64,000 nt of DNA from Octopus vulgaris (GCA_951406725.2 OX597833.1:37510001-37574000); one strand, 5' to 3'. Positions 1 through 12,410 are shown, numbered from the stretch's first letter. The notes: a model not told the origin generated them from the letters alone. Numbers and translations: made by a program.

Positions 1-560
1 TCATCGTTTTGGTTTAGATTCTTGTAGCAGAAGTGGTGGTTATTGAGTTGTTCCATAAGTATATCTTTGTAATGGTTCTTGTCCATGACAACTATTGCTC
101 CACCTTAGTCAGCTTCTTTGAAAATTATCGAAGAATCTTTTTTTAACGCTTCCAATTGATCTTTAGATATGTTGGATTTACATTTCCTCTCTGTCATAGT
201 AGGTTGAGTTGATCATCGTAGGAGGCCAGTATATTCTTCTAAATGTTTGTCTCTATTTGAGGAGAGTCTGAATCCTGTTCTCTTTTTGACCAGTGATTCA
301 TCTGTGTGTTCAGTATTTAGAAAGAATTCTCTCAAAAGTAAATTTCGGCAAAATTCTTCTGTGACTTTTATAAGTTCAGCTTGGTTGGGTTTTGGAGTGG
401 GTGTGAATTCCAGTCCATTTTCCAGGAATTTAATTTCTTCTTTAGATAATTTCTTAGTGCATAAATTTATTATTTTCAATTTGCTTATGTGTTTGTTTTC
501 TAATGTTTTGGGAAGACTGGTGTTATTTTTTTCTTTTTTGGTGGAATATCTCATCTTAAA
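1..560 (-). mobile_element. Penelope-like retroelement fragment, N-terminal region preceding RT, decayed
   Basis: Minus-strand translation IINLCTKKLSKEEIKFLENGLEFTPTP...EFCRNLLLREFF, then after a frameshift KSNISKDQLEALKKDSSIIFKEAD*GGAIVVMD. This matches the PLE 'NLS..L..GL.F.PTP' and 'ADKGGA.VVMD' motifs, with an in-frame stop. Confidence 0.75.
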
Positions 561-1070
561 AAATGGTTTCTGTTGGAGTTGGGAGTGTTTATGTGGTAAT
601 TTTGCATTTTCTGTATGTGAATATTTGCGGTTGGTTATTCGTGGGTAAATAGGTTCTTACTTGTTGGATTGGGGGATTGAATCATTATTTTAATGTTGTT
701 CCATCTGGTTTGTTTGGGTCTATGATTTGGTGTTGGAAGAGTTCTATTTGTTCTTTGGTTGGGATTGTAAGTCCTCTTATTTCTTGTTATATCTGCATAT
801 GATTGTAAATTTGTGTTTCTTAGAGGACTGTGGTATCTTTGTCTGTTTTGTGGGAAAATTTCCTTTCTTTTGGTGGTGTTTTGAGGTCTTAATGGTTGTG
901 GTATTAGGTTGGTGTTTAGGTTTTATCTGGTTTTTACCATAGTTGGTAAACCACAGAATTTTAGTTTGAAAATGGCTATCAAAAAGCTTGAAACTCATTA
1001 GAGTAACTGTAAATGTTATCGTTGAAATAAAAATTATTGCCCCAAAAGCCATCTTTACTCATTTTTTCAA

Positions 1071-1247
<177 letters not shown>

Positions 1248-1534
1248 ATGTAAGATTCAAGGACTGAGGTGTATGAAGAACATGAGTTTCAAGCAATCTG
1301 TAGAAATATAAAAAAAAACAACTTTCAGGAACAATAGTGCGTTATTGGGTTGGAAGGTTGTGGGTTATTCTTCCATATTGAAGTACGATAAACTGAAAAA
1401 AATTATATTTTATATTTCATGGTAGACAACCAGAGTTTCCCAGTATGTGAATAGTGAGGGGAACCTTGGAAGTTGTAAATATCCAAGCGAGGTGTAAAAT
1501 GCAGGCTACTCTTCAATCATATATATACATATAT

Positions 1535-1690
1535 GATTGGCTTGTTTCAGTTTCCAGCAACCAAATTCACTCACAAGAGTTAGTTGGCCCAGTGCTATAG
1601 TAGACAACACATGCCCAAGGTGCCTACTTATGGGACTGAACCAAAAGCTAGATGGTTCGAAGGCAACCTTCTTAGCCAAACATTAGTTTA
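1535..1690 (-). mobile_element. Decayed copy of SINE family A (tRNA head, CORE-like)
   Basis: Reverse complement resembles the 5' half of the full copy at 58043-58454 (gttcagtccca...ccttgggcatgtgt...gtgagtgaatttgg). Confidence 0.6.
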
Positions 1691-2149
1691 TATTACCTAT
1701 TGTCTTTATGTGTGTTTACTGGTTGTAAACAAAAGCCTCACTGTTCATACAAACAGTTGTGTTTGTTTGCAGTGTTCTCTCAACACATGTCCAAGCTTCA
1801 TGACATGTCTTGATATGTGGTGTATCTTTCTAAACAAGAAATTAATTCAAATAGTGTCATTTATTTCCAGTTCTTCTTTGCTGAACTATGCCTGGGCTGT
1901 TCATTGTCTAATAGAGTAGGAGGTTATTAACTTGATTGGAAACAGATAAGGGCTGGCATTAGAATGGGCCCCAATCCAAAGAAACTTTATCCAATGTAGA
2001 CTTGTCTGACTCATGTAAGCATTGAAAAGTAGACGTTAAATGATTTAGATAATGATAATGATTATGATATATATATATAGATATATATACACACACAGAC
2101 ACATATATATATGCATACACACACACATACAGTGTAGCGACATGTAACA

Positions 2150-2410
2150 GCAGCCGTAAAAATTCCCATGTGGTGCCATGTAAAAGTGGCCATGCAGTGC
2201 CAAATAAAAGTGCTCATTTGGTACCACATAAAAGCATCCAGTACACTCTGTTAAGTGGTTGGCATTAAGAAGGGCATCCAGCAGCAGAAACCATGCTAAA
2301 TTAGACTGGAGTCTTGTGTAGCAACCCCTTCCCCACTAGCTTGCCAGCTCTGGTCACACTGCCCAAACCATGCCAAAATGGATAAAATAGCATTAAATGA
2401 TGATGATGAT
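2150..2410 (+). mobile_element. RTE-type LINE 3' UTR fragment with (GAT)n tail, decayed
   Basis: gtggttggcattaagaagggcatccagc...catgccaaaatgga...tgatgatgat; same family as 13993-14262. Confidence 0.6.
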
Positions 2411-2538
2411 ATCTATATAACTAGATCAAAAATGGATTGATTTACACCCACTGGATCAAGTACCACTTCTTGCTGCCTTGGATAGGCAATTTGAACACTT
2501 CATTCCATTTGTACTTCAAGCTTGATTTTTAGTGGTAT

Positions 2539-2621
2539 TTTGTGATATTTTGCAGAGGGTAAAAGTGGCTCTTACTGTCCTGTTTTTGTTACCACTTTTA
2601 CCCTCCACAAAATATCCCAAA
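2539..2621. repeat. Imperfect inverted repeat with about 30 bp arms
   Basis: tttgtgatattttgcagagggtaaaagtgg pairs with ccacttttaccctccacaaaatatcccaaa. Confidence 0.7.
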
Positions 2622-2983
2622 TTTTATTCAATTTGCTTTGTGGGAAGGACTGTTTCAATGAAGTTGTGTCATGTCCTTATCTTCGAAACGCTAAGTAGAT
2701 GAAACAGGGACAACTGAAGAAGGGGAATATTCCTTGTGTTGTATGTCTTGTACTCTGTGTTTTTTGTTGTTTGAAAAAAGATCGTTTCTGTGTTTTTGTT
2801 TTTATGTTTTCGTTTCTCATTGTGTTCAACGTTTTTTTGATGTCCTGTATCCATATATGCGTGTATATATACATATATATGTAGGTATGTACATATATGT
2901 ATGTATATATGCATATAATTATATATTATTTATATTATTTTATGATCGAATGCCACGCATCCTTTTCCAAGTAACTTTTATCT

Positions 2984-3014
<31 letters not shown>

Positions 3015-3543
3015 GTGTGTGCATGTATATAATCAAAATAAGCAACAGGATATCAAGTAGTGATGCAGTATGGTTGTTTCAAGCGGCTCCATTTGATTGT
3101 ACAATGCAATCATTACATCAATTTAAATGCAGTTCCATCATCAGCTGTGCAAATGAATAAATAGAATTTTAACCAGTTGGACAGATTAATATAATTTTTC
3201 TTAAATACTTTAACAGAGAAAGAAGACGGAAGAAATTCATGCTGTCACTATTGTAGTGAAGAATAGACTACACTTCCAAGAATCGCATGAAGTCCATTGG
3301 GGTCATAGCTTGTAAAGGATTGTGATTCATTTCTAAGTCATTTATCTCTTTATCAACTTCTCGATCTAACGCTAGAGGACTGTGTCTGTATAGAATAAAG
3401 GACAGGGGTGAGTTGCTTATTTTGATTTTATTCACCTTACTTTGAGATGTGCAGATATTACCGGACTGACTTGGTGCTTCAACTTAAGTATGTAATTCGA
3501 CTGAATCTCAATTGTATGTGTATATATATATATATATATATAT

Positions 3544-3755
3544 AGGGAAGCTTTATGAAAATAGACAAAAGACGAAGGCAGGTGGAAAACAAACAAACAA
3601 TTGTATTAGTATGGCGCTCAGGAAATATAAATAAAACAAGTCTTTAACGTTTCAAGCCTACGCTCTTCAACAGAAAGATACACAGAAAAGAAATATGGAG
3701 AGAAACAAGGAAGAAAAAAAATGCGTGCAGAAGCTAGCGAATCAACATGGCGGTA
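3544..3755 (-). mobile_element. PLE pseudo-LTR-type repeat carrying a minimal variant hammerhead-like motif (3642-3677)
   Basis: Related copies at 24668-24960 and 49810-49910. The minus strand reads cttt-CTGTTGA-A-gagc-gtag-gctt-GAAA-cgt-t-aaag. Confidence 0.5.
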
Positions 3756-3758
3756 TAC

Positions 3759-3878
<120 letters not shown>

Positions 3879-3900
3879 TGGCTGTACTTGTTCAGCAAGT

Positions 3901-4272
3901 TGATCTGAGAGTGTGAGTTGAAACTAATGCAACTACATCATGGAAGAGTCATTTTTTCTAACACATGAAGCTATTAAATACACTTGAATTTATTTTTATT
4001 TCGTGAGGTGTCCACATTTTCATCACACAAGGGTGACCTGATTACAAACTGGTGGGATTGTATTTGTGATCAGGTCATTGTTAAACAAACAGCTTTATGT
4101 TTTATTAAATGATTTTTCCACAATATAATTGCTATATAAATATATGTGTTGATAATGATGATAATGATGATGACGACGATGATGACGATGATGATGGTGG
4201 TGTTGGTGGTGGTGGTGATGGTGATGATGATGATGATGATGATGATCATCATCATCATCGTCATCGTCATCA
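3901..4272 (+). repeat. Local duplication copy 1 (direct repeat of 5164-5539)
   Basis: About 245 bp of near-identical non-repetitive sequence plus the same GAT/GAC/GGT/CAT microsatellite succession. Confidence 0.92.
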
Positions 4273-4305
4273 GAGAAACTGAGAACAAAATGAGGACAAA
4301 TATCC

Positions 4306-4367
4306 TTCTTCAGGTGTCCTGGGGAAATTTCGAACCTGGGTTCTCATTCCTAAGGTATTTTTCACTG

Positions 4368-4421
<54 letters not shown>

Positions 4422-4500
4422 TCACTACTTAGAATCGAACTCAGAACCTTAGGGTTAGAAGCCCGCACTCTAAACCACTATGCCATATGCTCACAGGCAT
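4306..4500 (-). mobile_element. tRNA-derived SINE-like element with internal (AAT)n
   Basis: Minus strand: A box TGGCATAGTGG, B box GAGTTCGATTC, then (aat)n and gttcgaaatttccccaggacacCTGAAGA. Confidence 0.65.
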
Positions 4501-4525
4501 CAAATATAAATAATGTAAATAATAA

Positions 4526-4540
4526 ACACACACACACGCG

Positions 4541-4631
<91 letters not shown>
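4526..4631. repeat. (CA)n microsatellite
   Basis: Directly visible. Confidence 0.95.
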
Positions 4632-4633
<2 letters not shown>

Positions 4634-5163
4634 CATGTTTGTAAATATGCCATTCTATTTTAAACAAATGTAGACAGTATTCTTTCAAGAATGAAATATA
4701 TATGGACAAGCTTGTTGAAAAATATTTCTCTGGTGGATGTTTACAGAATTTTATATAGCTTCAAAGATAAAAATTGAGTTTATCCTCAGTCAGACTGGTT
4801 TGATTTTTTAAGTACTATATACTGGTACTTTAGTATGATAAACCAAGTTTCAAAGGCATTTACCAAAGTGAACAATTGGTGGGAGTAATACAATTACAGA
4901 TAAGGAAAGGTAAAGTATTGTCGTAAAAAAGTCTTATTACATTGAAGTTGCAGATAGAATATGCAAAATTCTAATGGTGAGAATAACTGACTTTGGCTTT
5001 ATTTCTATAAAGTATCTTGTAATATCTCTTGATTGGTGAGAAGTAAAAAGAAATTAGATTAAGAAATTTTTTTGGTAATATATGTTCTTACATTTAAACT
5101 GAAAACAGGATATTTCCATGTTCGTAATCAGGTCACCCTTGTGTGATGAAAATGTGGACATTT

Positions 5164-5539
5164 TGATCTGAGAGTGTGAGTTGAAACTAATGCAACTACA
5201 TCATGGAAGAGTCATTTTTTCTAACACATGAAGCTATTAAATACACTTGAATTTATTTTTATTTCATGAGGTGTCCACATTTTGATCACACAAGGGTGAT
5301 CTGATTACAAACTGGTGGGATTGTATTTGTGATCAAGTCATTGTTAAACAAACAGCTTTATGCTTTATTAAATGATTTTTCCCCAATGTAATTGTTATAT
5401 AAATATACATGATGATAATGATGATGATGATGATGATGACGACGACGACGACGATGGTGGTGGTGGTGGTGGTGGTGGTCATGATGATGATGATAATGAT
5501 GATGATGATGATCATCATCATCGTTATCGTCATCATCAT
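5164..5539 (+). repeat. Local duplication copy 2
   Basis: Direct repeat of 3901-4272, preceded by a 37-bp inverted piece of the same unit at 5124-5160. Confidence 0.92.
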
Positions 5540-6830
5540 TTAATGTCCATTTTCCATGCTTGCATGGGCTGGAAAGTTTGACAAGTGCTGGTAAGGCTGG
5601 GAACTGCTTCAGGCTCCACTGTTTTGGCATGGTTTCTACAGCTGGGTACCCTTCCTAACAGCAACCACTTTACAACATGTACTGGTTGCTTTTTAGGTGG
5701 CACCAGCACTGACAGGGTCAGTAAACAACTTGTAAAACAAAACTCCACAGTTTTGTGGAAGCAGTGGGTAGATGGGAGCAGTATAGAGGTGGTGGTGGTG
5801 GCTTTGTGCCAATTGAAAGATTAAAAGTACAAAGGAACAAGGATAGGCGCCTAAAGAAGGTATATGAATACTTCAGCTGGAAGAGAAAGGAAAACAAGTT
5901 AAAGAGTAAGACAGGGGATGAGTGAGAGAGTAAGATAAAGAGAGCAATAATGAGGGAGATGGTGACGATGATGTGTTGAGAAATATCTTCGAGGCACATT
6001 GGGGGGGGGGGTGAGAATAAGTAAAGTGATACAGAGGTTTGAACTGGATGAGTAGGTGGGAAAGAGGTCACTGTAGCAAATGATGGAATGAAATACAAGT
6101 AAGGTCTGGGAGCAGGAATTGCAGAAGATATGTGAAAGCATTGAAGCTGATAGGATTAGGAAAAATACAGAGGCAAGAAACCATGGAAAGATGGTCATTG
6201 GTAGAGACAGTAGGTGGGGGAAGATAATGGGAAATGGCAGTAGTTCATGGGTGGAGGGGAGGAAAGTAACTGATAAAGAATGTACCTACTCAGGTGATAG
6301 AGAAATGATGGGTGTTAGGGGATGAGGTATGGGGAGAAAAGGTAGACAGATTAGAGAGGGTGGAGGCAGGGTTGGGACTGAGCCCCTCATAAACAAGCAT
6401 TACCAAGGTGGGTTTAGGATATGAAGTGCTGTGGTGGACAGGTCTTCTGGAGTACAGCAAGGTGCCAAATATCTCGGTCTTTTGCAATCTTCTTTGTAGA
6501 TCAACCTTGAATATTTCATCCCATGTTTCCTGGGTCTCCTTCTTCCACAGGTTCCATTCACTTCAGATGATCAGTACTTCTTTATGCAACAGTTCTCATC
6601 CATATGCATCACATGACCAAACCAGCACTAATTCCTCTTACATCTAATTTTTCTTTCTATACATTAGTGCTTTGTTGCACATATACACATGTACACTGAC
6701 ATTGCACATCCAGCAGAGCATACTTACTTCATTTCTCTCTAGTTTTCACAGTTTCTCTGCATTTAGTGTGCATATCTCACTACTATGTAGCATTGTTGTT
6801 CATATACATGCATCATACAATCTTCCTTTC

Positions 6831-6893
<63 letters not shown>

Positions 6894-8090
6894 AACCTTT
6901 GGATTCCAACAAAAGTAAAAGTTCACTGAATTTTTTCTATCCTATTTTTATTCTAGAAATTACACATTCTGTACATCCTCACTCCTGATTAAATTCCTTA
7001 GATAGCAAAAATTATCCACTAGCTCTAGAGAGCCTCCAAAGCATTTGAGAAAATCAATGTACCTTGTATCAGTAGACTTTGTGGCTCCTGTATTTCTTCC
7101 ACATACGAACACTACTTTATCCATTAATCTTCCTATTATTCCATTGCACTTCTTGTGTGTCCATAGCTTACATTGCATACACTGTGTGGAATTCCTGCAT
7201 ACACCTTTCCTACATATCAAGCAGGGTCATTTATGTAAAGAATGTAGGGTCCTGTCTGTTTTCTTGCTTACTAGAACCTTGGTTTTTGCTAAGTTAACCT
7301 CAAAACCCTTTCATTCCAGGTTTCGCTCCCATGTCTGGAATTTCTTTTCTAGTTCTGTTACAGATTCTACTATGAGAGTAAGATCATCAGCATATAGCAG
7401 TTCACATGGCAACTGGTCTTGAATTCTTCTGTTATGGCCTGGAGGACAATTATGAATAGGAGGGAACTGAGAACTGAGAACTGAAATCTGATGAATGCCC
7501 ACTTGTACACTAAATTCATCACTATATTCATGGTTAACTCCTACTTTACTTAGACAGAAACCTCTCTATATGGCCTGTACAGCTTTCACAAGACATTATC
7601 TATCCCTAGCTTCCTCAGAGCCCATCATATCACAGAGTGAGGTACTCTCTCAAAGACTTTCTCCAAGTCAACAAACACCAGGTACAATGGTTTATTCTTA
7701 GCCAAATACCTCTCAAGAGTTGCTTGACTAAAAAGATAGCATCAGTAGTGCTTTTCCCTAACACAAAACCAGTGCCAAAACTAGTGCCAAAGCTGAAGCC
7801 TCCATACACGCCATAATAAAGTCATTGTCCTTCATTGTCAAGGTAGTGTCCAGAAGGGCCTAATAGTTCTGTCCATCTACTAGTACAGCATGTAGAGCAT
7901 ATGCAGAGATAAATGTTATTGTTACATTATACAAGATTATTCTTAACTTGATTATCCTATCACAAACCCAGCAAACATCTGCATTTCTCCACTCAAGCAT
8001 TTCAACAATTTCACTAAACCTACCTTTCATGGTACCAACATTGATTGTAGTTGTTCTAAGTTTGTGGATTTAAAAAGAGTGAAAGAGCAT
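5511..8090 (-). mobile_element. Decayed, internally deleted RTE-clade LINE (APE endonuclease, RT, C-terminus, long 3' UTR, (GAT)n tail)
   Basis: Minus-strand fragments: TINVGTMKGRFSEIVEMLE (APE N-terminus, ~8050), LLYADDL (RT, ~7390), CRKGV..C..C..WTHKKC, LELVDNFCYL, WFGHVMHMD..GRRRPRK (~6600). The tail reads (CAT)n on + at ~5511. Confidence 0.85.
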
Positions 8091-8243
8091 GCAAGGGACT
8101 GTGTTCAACATCTGTGAAGAGAAAGGCGAATACTTTTTGGAGCACTTACCTGGAGTCAGTGCATCCTTTAAGATGTGAATGAAAGCAGGAATAGGTATAT
8201 ATGCATATGCTACTCAATATTCACAATCTCCCTCAAGTATGTA

Positions 8244-9499
8244 CAAGGGTGAATCAAAAAGTAATGCCATTTTCTTTATTTCATGTGATTATATCATTTA
8301 TGTTCTGAAATATTTTATTTCTTACTTTTCAGGTTTTTAGACTGGTAAGGACAAAGACCAGTAGAGCAGTGATTGAATTTCTTGTTGCTGAGGGGGCAAA
8401 CCCCTGTGAACATTCACCAACGATTACAAAATGTCTTTGCAGGCAATACATTAGATTATTGCAATGTATGCAGGTGGGTCCATCGTCTGAAAGATGAAAA
8501 TGTGGGAACTGTGAGTGTAGCCAATAAACTCCGTTCTGGCCGTCCGTCTTCTTCTGTGAATCCTGCCAATAAAGCAAAAGCAGATGCTCTGATCAGAGAA
8601 GATAGGTGCATAACTCTTGATGAGTTAGCAGAAAACTTTGAAGTGAGTCATGGAAGTGCTTACAACATTGTCAAATCACTTGGCTTTTCAAAAGTGTGTG
8701 CTCGTTGGGTACTGAGAGAGCTGACTACCGAACACAAGACTGACAGGGTCAATGCCTGCACTGAACTTCTTGAACAAAGTCAAAGAGACAACACCTTCTT
8801 TTGAAGGCTCGTAACAGGTGATGAATCATGGATTCATTATTATGAACCAGAATCAAAGAGGCAGTCAGCGGAATGGCGCCACTCTATGTCACCACCACCG
8901 AAAATGTTCAAGATGCAAATCAGCTGGAAAAATCATGGCAACTGTCTTTTGAGATGCTCAAAGTGTCATTCTAGTCAATTTCTTGCCAAAAGGAAAAACA
9001 ATAAACTCTGAGGCCTACATTGAGACCCTGATGAGGTTCAGAGCAAGACTCCAACGAGTAAGACCCAACTTACCAATTGACAATGTCCTCCTTCTGCATG
9101 ACAATGCTTGACCACACACAAGCATCAGGACAAGGGAGACAATCGCCTCATTCAGGTGGACAACTTTACCGCATCCTCCATACTCACCAGATTTAGCACC
9201 TTCATACTATAATCTCTTCGGCCCCATGAAAGAAGGTTTGAGAGGCAAACATTATTCCAGTGACAATGAAGTGAAAACTGTAGTGAAGAAGTGGTTCAAA
9301 GAACAGTCAACAGAATTTTACAGGGCAGGGATATATACTCTCATTCAAAGGTAGAACATTGCTATTGAAAGAAATGGTGACTATGTTGAGAAGTAGAGAT
9401 GTGATCCACAGAGGACCAGCTTTATTTTGATGTATGATACATGTTCCTGTGTTGGTAATTATACCTGTCCTAAACAAAATGGCATTACTTTTTTACTCA

Positions 9500-9505
<6 letters not shown>
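8244..9505 (+). mobile_element. Full-length decayed mariner (DD34D) transposon
   Basis: About 30 bp TIRs (caagggtgaatcaaaaagtaatgccatttt / aaaatggcattacttttttactcaccatca) flanked by TA. Transposase motifs RSGRP, WVLREL, TGDESW, HDNA, HPPYSPDLAPS, broken by stops and frameshifts. Confidence 0.92.
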
Positions 9506-9555
<50 letters not shown>

Positions 9556-9566
9556 ACATGCATACA

Positions 9567-9962
9567 TACAAGTTGCAATGGGTAAATTGTTGCCATTTTA
9601 TATTTTAATTTGCACATGTGCAGTGTTTGTTTTTGATTTTGTGTAACAGGACTCTGTACCATGCTACACAAGTAGAACCCAGTCATGGCTGTCAGACAAT
9701 TTCTGCAACCACATTATCTCTAGCATCTGGTCATCTAACCCCACACTGCAACTCCCTTGATTATTATGTGTGGGGCACAGTTGAGCGAGAGACCAACAAA
9801 ACTTATGTAACACCAAAGATGAACTGGTTTATGGTAGCATTCACCAACTCAAACAATGAGACTGTGCAGAAGAGTTGCAGGGGATTCTGAAGTTGTCTGA
9901 AGGCCACGGTTGAAGCCAATGGCAATTTTATTGAATAAATTTACTCTTTAGTATTTCAAGAT
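9567..9962 (+). mobile_element. Tc1/mariner-superfamily (maT/DD37D-like) deletion derivative
   Basis: Encodes remnant CNSLDYYVWGTVERETNK (cf. SPDCNPLDYYVWG); inverse copy at 24110-24292. Confidence 0.6.
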
Positions 9963-10370
9963 ATCATCATCATCATCATCATCATCGTTTAATATCCGTT
10001 TTCTATGCTGGCATAGGTTTGACAGTTTGACTGAGGTCTGGAGAGCCAGTGGCTGCACCAGGCTCCAATCTGGTCTAGCAATGTTTCTATAACTGTATGC
10101 CACAAACAAAATCTATTTGCAATGTTAACCTCCCTATGATTCCACTGTATCTCTTGTGTGTCCATTGTTTACACAGGGTACACTATATGAAATTTTCACT
10201 TACACCATTTTCACATATCAAACAGAGTCATTTTCCTGAAACTTTTAACATAATGTCTGTTTCGATGCATACTAGGACATTAGCCTTTACTAAGTTAACT
10301 TTAAGGTCCTTTCATTTCCGGTTTTGGTTCCAAACCAGGAATTCCTTTTCTAATTCTACAAATTCAGCTT
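9963..10370 (-). mobile_element. RTE LINE fragment (RT C-terminal remnant joined to 3' UTR and tail)
   Basis: Similar to 7090-7360; (CAT)n tail on + at 9963-9987. Confidence 0.75.
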
Positions 10371-10392
10371 TATTTATAATTCTTATATATAC

Positions 10393-10428
<36 letters not shown>

Positions 10429-10530
10429 ACACACGTGTGCGCATGCACGCATGCACATAATTTCACACACACAGACATGTATTTATATGAATTTATATAT
10501 AGCAATATATATTAAATATTATATATATAT

Positions 10531-10840
10531 ATCTTCTACTATAGCCTCAGGCCAACCAAAGCCTTGTGAGTGGATTTGGTAGACGGAAACTGAAAGAAGC
10601 CTGTCGTATATATGTATATATATATGTGTGTGCGTGTATGTTTGTATGTCTGTGCTTGTCCCCCTAGCATTGCTTGACAACCGACGCTGGTGTGTTTATG
10701 TCCCCGCCACTTAGCGGTTCGGCAAAAGAGCCCGATAGAATAAGTACTGGGCTTACAAAGAATAAGTCCCGGGGTTGAGTTGCTCGATTAAAGGCGGTGC
10801 TCCAGCATGGCCACAGTCAAATGACTGAAACAAGTAATAA
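10531..10840 (+). mobile_element. SINE family A, 5'-truncated
   Basis: Near-identical to 58130-58440. Confidence 0.9.
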
Positions 10841-10977
10841 TAAGATATATATATATATATACACACATATAAATAATATACATTTATAAATATGTAAAAA
10901 ATATGATTGTATACACATTTATATACATGGATATATATGTGTGTGCATGTAAGAATGTGTGAAAGTGAATGTATATA

Positions 10978-11213
10978 CAGTCATCTCTTCCCATATTGTG
11001 GTTCACCTATCGCAGTTTACCTATGGCTGTCTATTATTTAAGCTTAAGTCGATCCCTCTGAAGTGTTATTTTGCATTTATGATAAAATAAATATATTCAA
11101 ACTATAAAAATAATAAAAAATATATACAGTACAGTACTGTTTCTACTTCATGGATTTTCACCTTTCACAGGAGATTTTGGAATGTAACACCCGTGATAGT
11201 CAGTGATTATTGT
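10978..11213. mobile_element. Pogo/Tigger-like MITE, decayed
   Basis: TA-flanked termini resembling CAGT..YCCTC / GAGGG..ACTG; about 235 bp; no coding capacity. Confidence 0.4.
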
Positions 11214-11887
11214 GTATATATATATGTAAATGTAAAAAAACACAAACTGGGACAAGAATGCAAGACATTTAGAAGACGATACAAAAAACACAGATGGGAC
11301 ATTTGAAGCCTTCAATCTTCAATCAAGAACCGGATTATCCTCGCAATTTCGGCTGATTAATCTTGAGATTGCTCTGACCTGGCCAGCCCCAAAGGAAAAT
11401 CTAAGCCAAGCACATTAGATTCCTTGGAAGAAAGCCTCGAATGTATACAAAACAAGGACGGGAATAAATAAGAATACGAAAATACGTAAAAACAATAATG
11501 ATAATAATAATAACAAAAACAGGACGTCACAGACAGGCGTCTTTTCGACAGTACAGGTGAACTTGAGTTGACACATTGGAAAAATACCTTGAGGTGAAGA
11601 GAGAAAAAAAATGTGTCTAGCCTAGACGGCTACTGACCACGAAAAGGCAGGATAGCAGTCCAAAGTTAGTCATGTGTGAGGAGAAGAGAGAGGAGAAAAG
11701 AGGGACAGAGGAAGAGAGAAAAGAGGGAACAAGGAACAAAGGAGGAGGAAAAGAGAGAGAGAGAGAGAGAAAGAGACAGATCAATGTGGAGTGTAAAGTG
11801 TGAAAGGCAGAGAAATGTAGGAGATGGGGGAGAGAAAGACAGTATTATAGAGTTGTACCATGTTTATATATATATATATATATATAT

Positions 11888-12410
11888 ATCATCATCATCG
11901 TTTAGCGTCCGCTTTCCATGCTAGCATGGGTTGCACGGTTCAACTGGGGCCTGGGAAGCCAGAAGGCTGCACCAGGCCCAGTCTGATCTGGCAATGTTTC
12001 TATGGCTGGATGCCCTTCCTAACACCAACCACTCCGTGAGTGTAGTGGGTGCTTTTTATGTGCCACCAGCACAAGTGCCAGACAAGGCTGACAAACGGCC
12101 ACGATCGAATGGTACTTTTTACATGCCACCGGCACAGAGGCCAGGCAAGGCTGGCAACGGCCACGATTGGATGGTGCTTTTTACGTGCCACCGGCAAAGA
12201 GGCCAGTTGGGGCTGGCAACAGTCACATCCGGATGGTTCTCTTACGTGCCACCGGCACTGATATCACAGCTACAATTTCCATTGATGTTGATCAATTTCA
12301 ATTTTGATTTTCACTTGCCTCAACAGGTCTTCGCAAGTAGAGTTTTGTGTCCCAAGAAGGAAAGGTATGCATAAGTGGACTGGCTACATCCCAGATAGAG
12401 GCCACGGGTT
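11888..12410 (-). mobile_element. RTE-type 3' UTR element with 4 internal hairpin repeat units
   Basis: (CAT)n tail, CCATGCTAGCATGG palindrome, and tandem ~60-bp units containing GGTGCTTTTTACGTGCCACCGGCAC. Confidence 0.8.

Noticed and set aside
3085-3150. Hammerhead on the minus strand (CTGATGA...GAAAC); similar partial motifs near 2680-2740, 12965 and 62510-62570
   Set aside because: I could not form convincing stems I-III; at best these are decayed PLE remnants.
4146-4673. Long low-complexity ORFs (also 32658-32927, 38832-39203, 43662-44084, 62701-63324)
   Set aside because: They are read-through of microsatellites lacking stop codons, or antisense to TE sequence.
8373-8804. Domesticated or active transposase gene (also 39545-40048)
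   Set aside because: Multiple stops and frameshifts across the catalytic domain.
12045-12260. CRISPR-like repeat-spacer pattern (25-nt palindromic repeat, ~35-nt spacers)
   Set aside because: The spacers are homologous to each other, the array lies inside a dispersed retroelement UTR, the context is eukaryotic and there are no cas genes.
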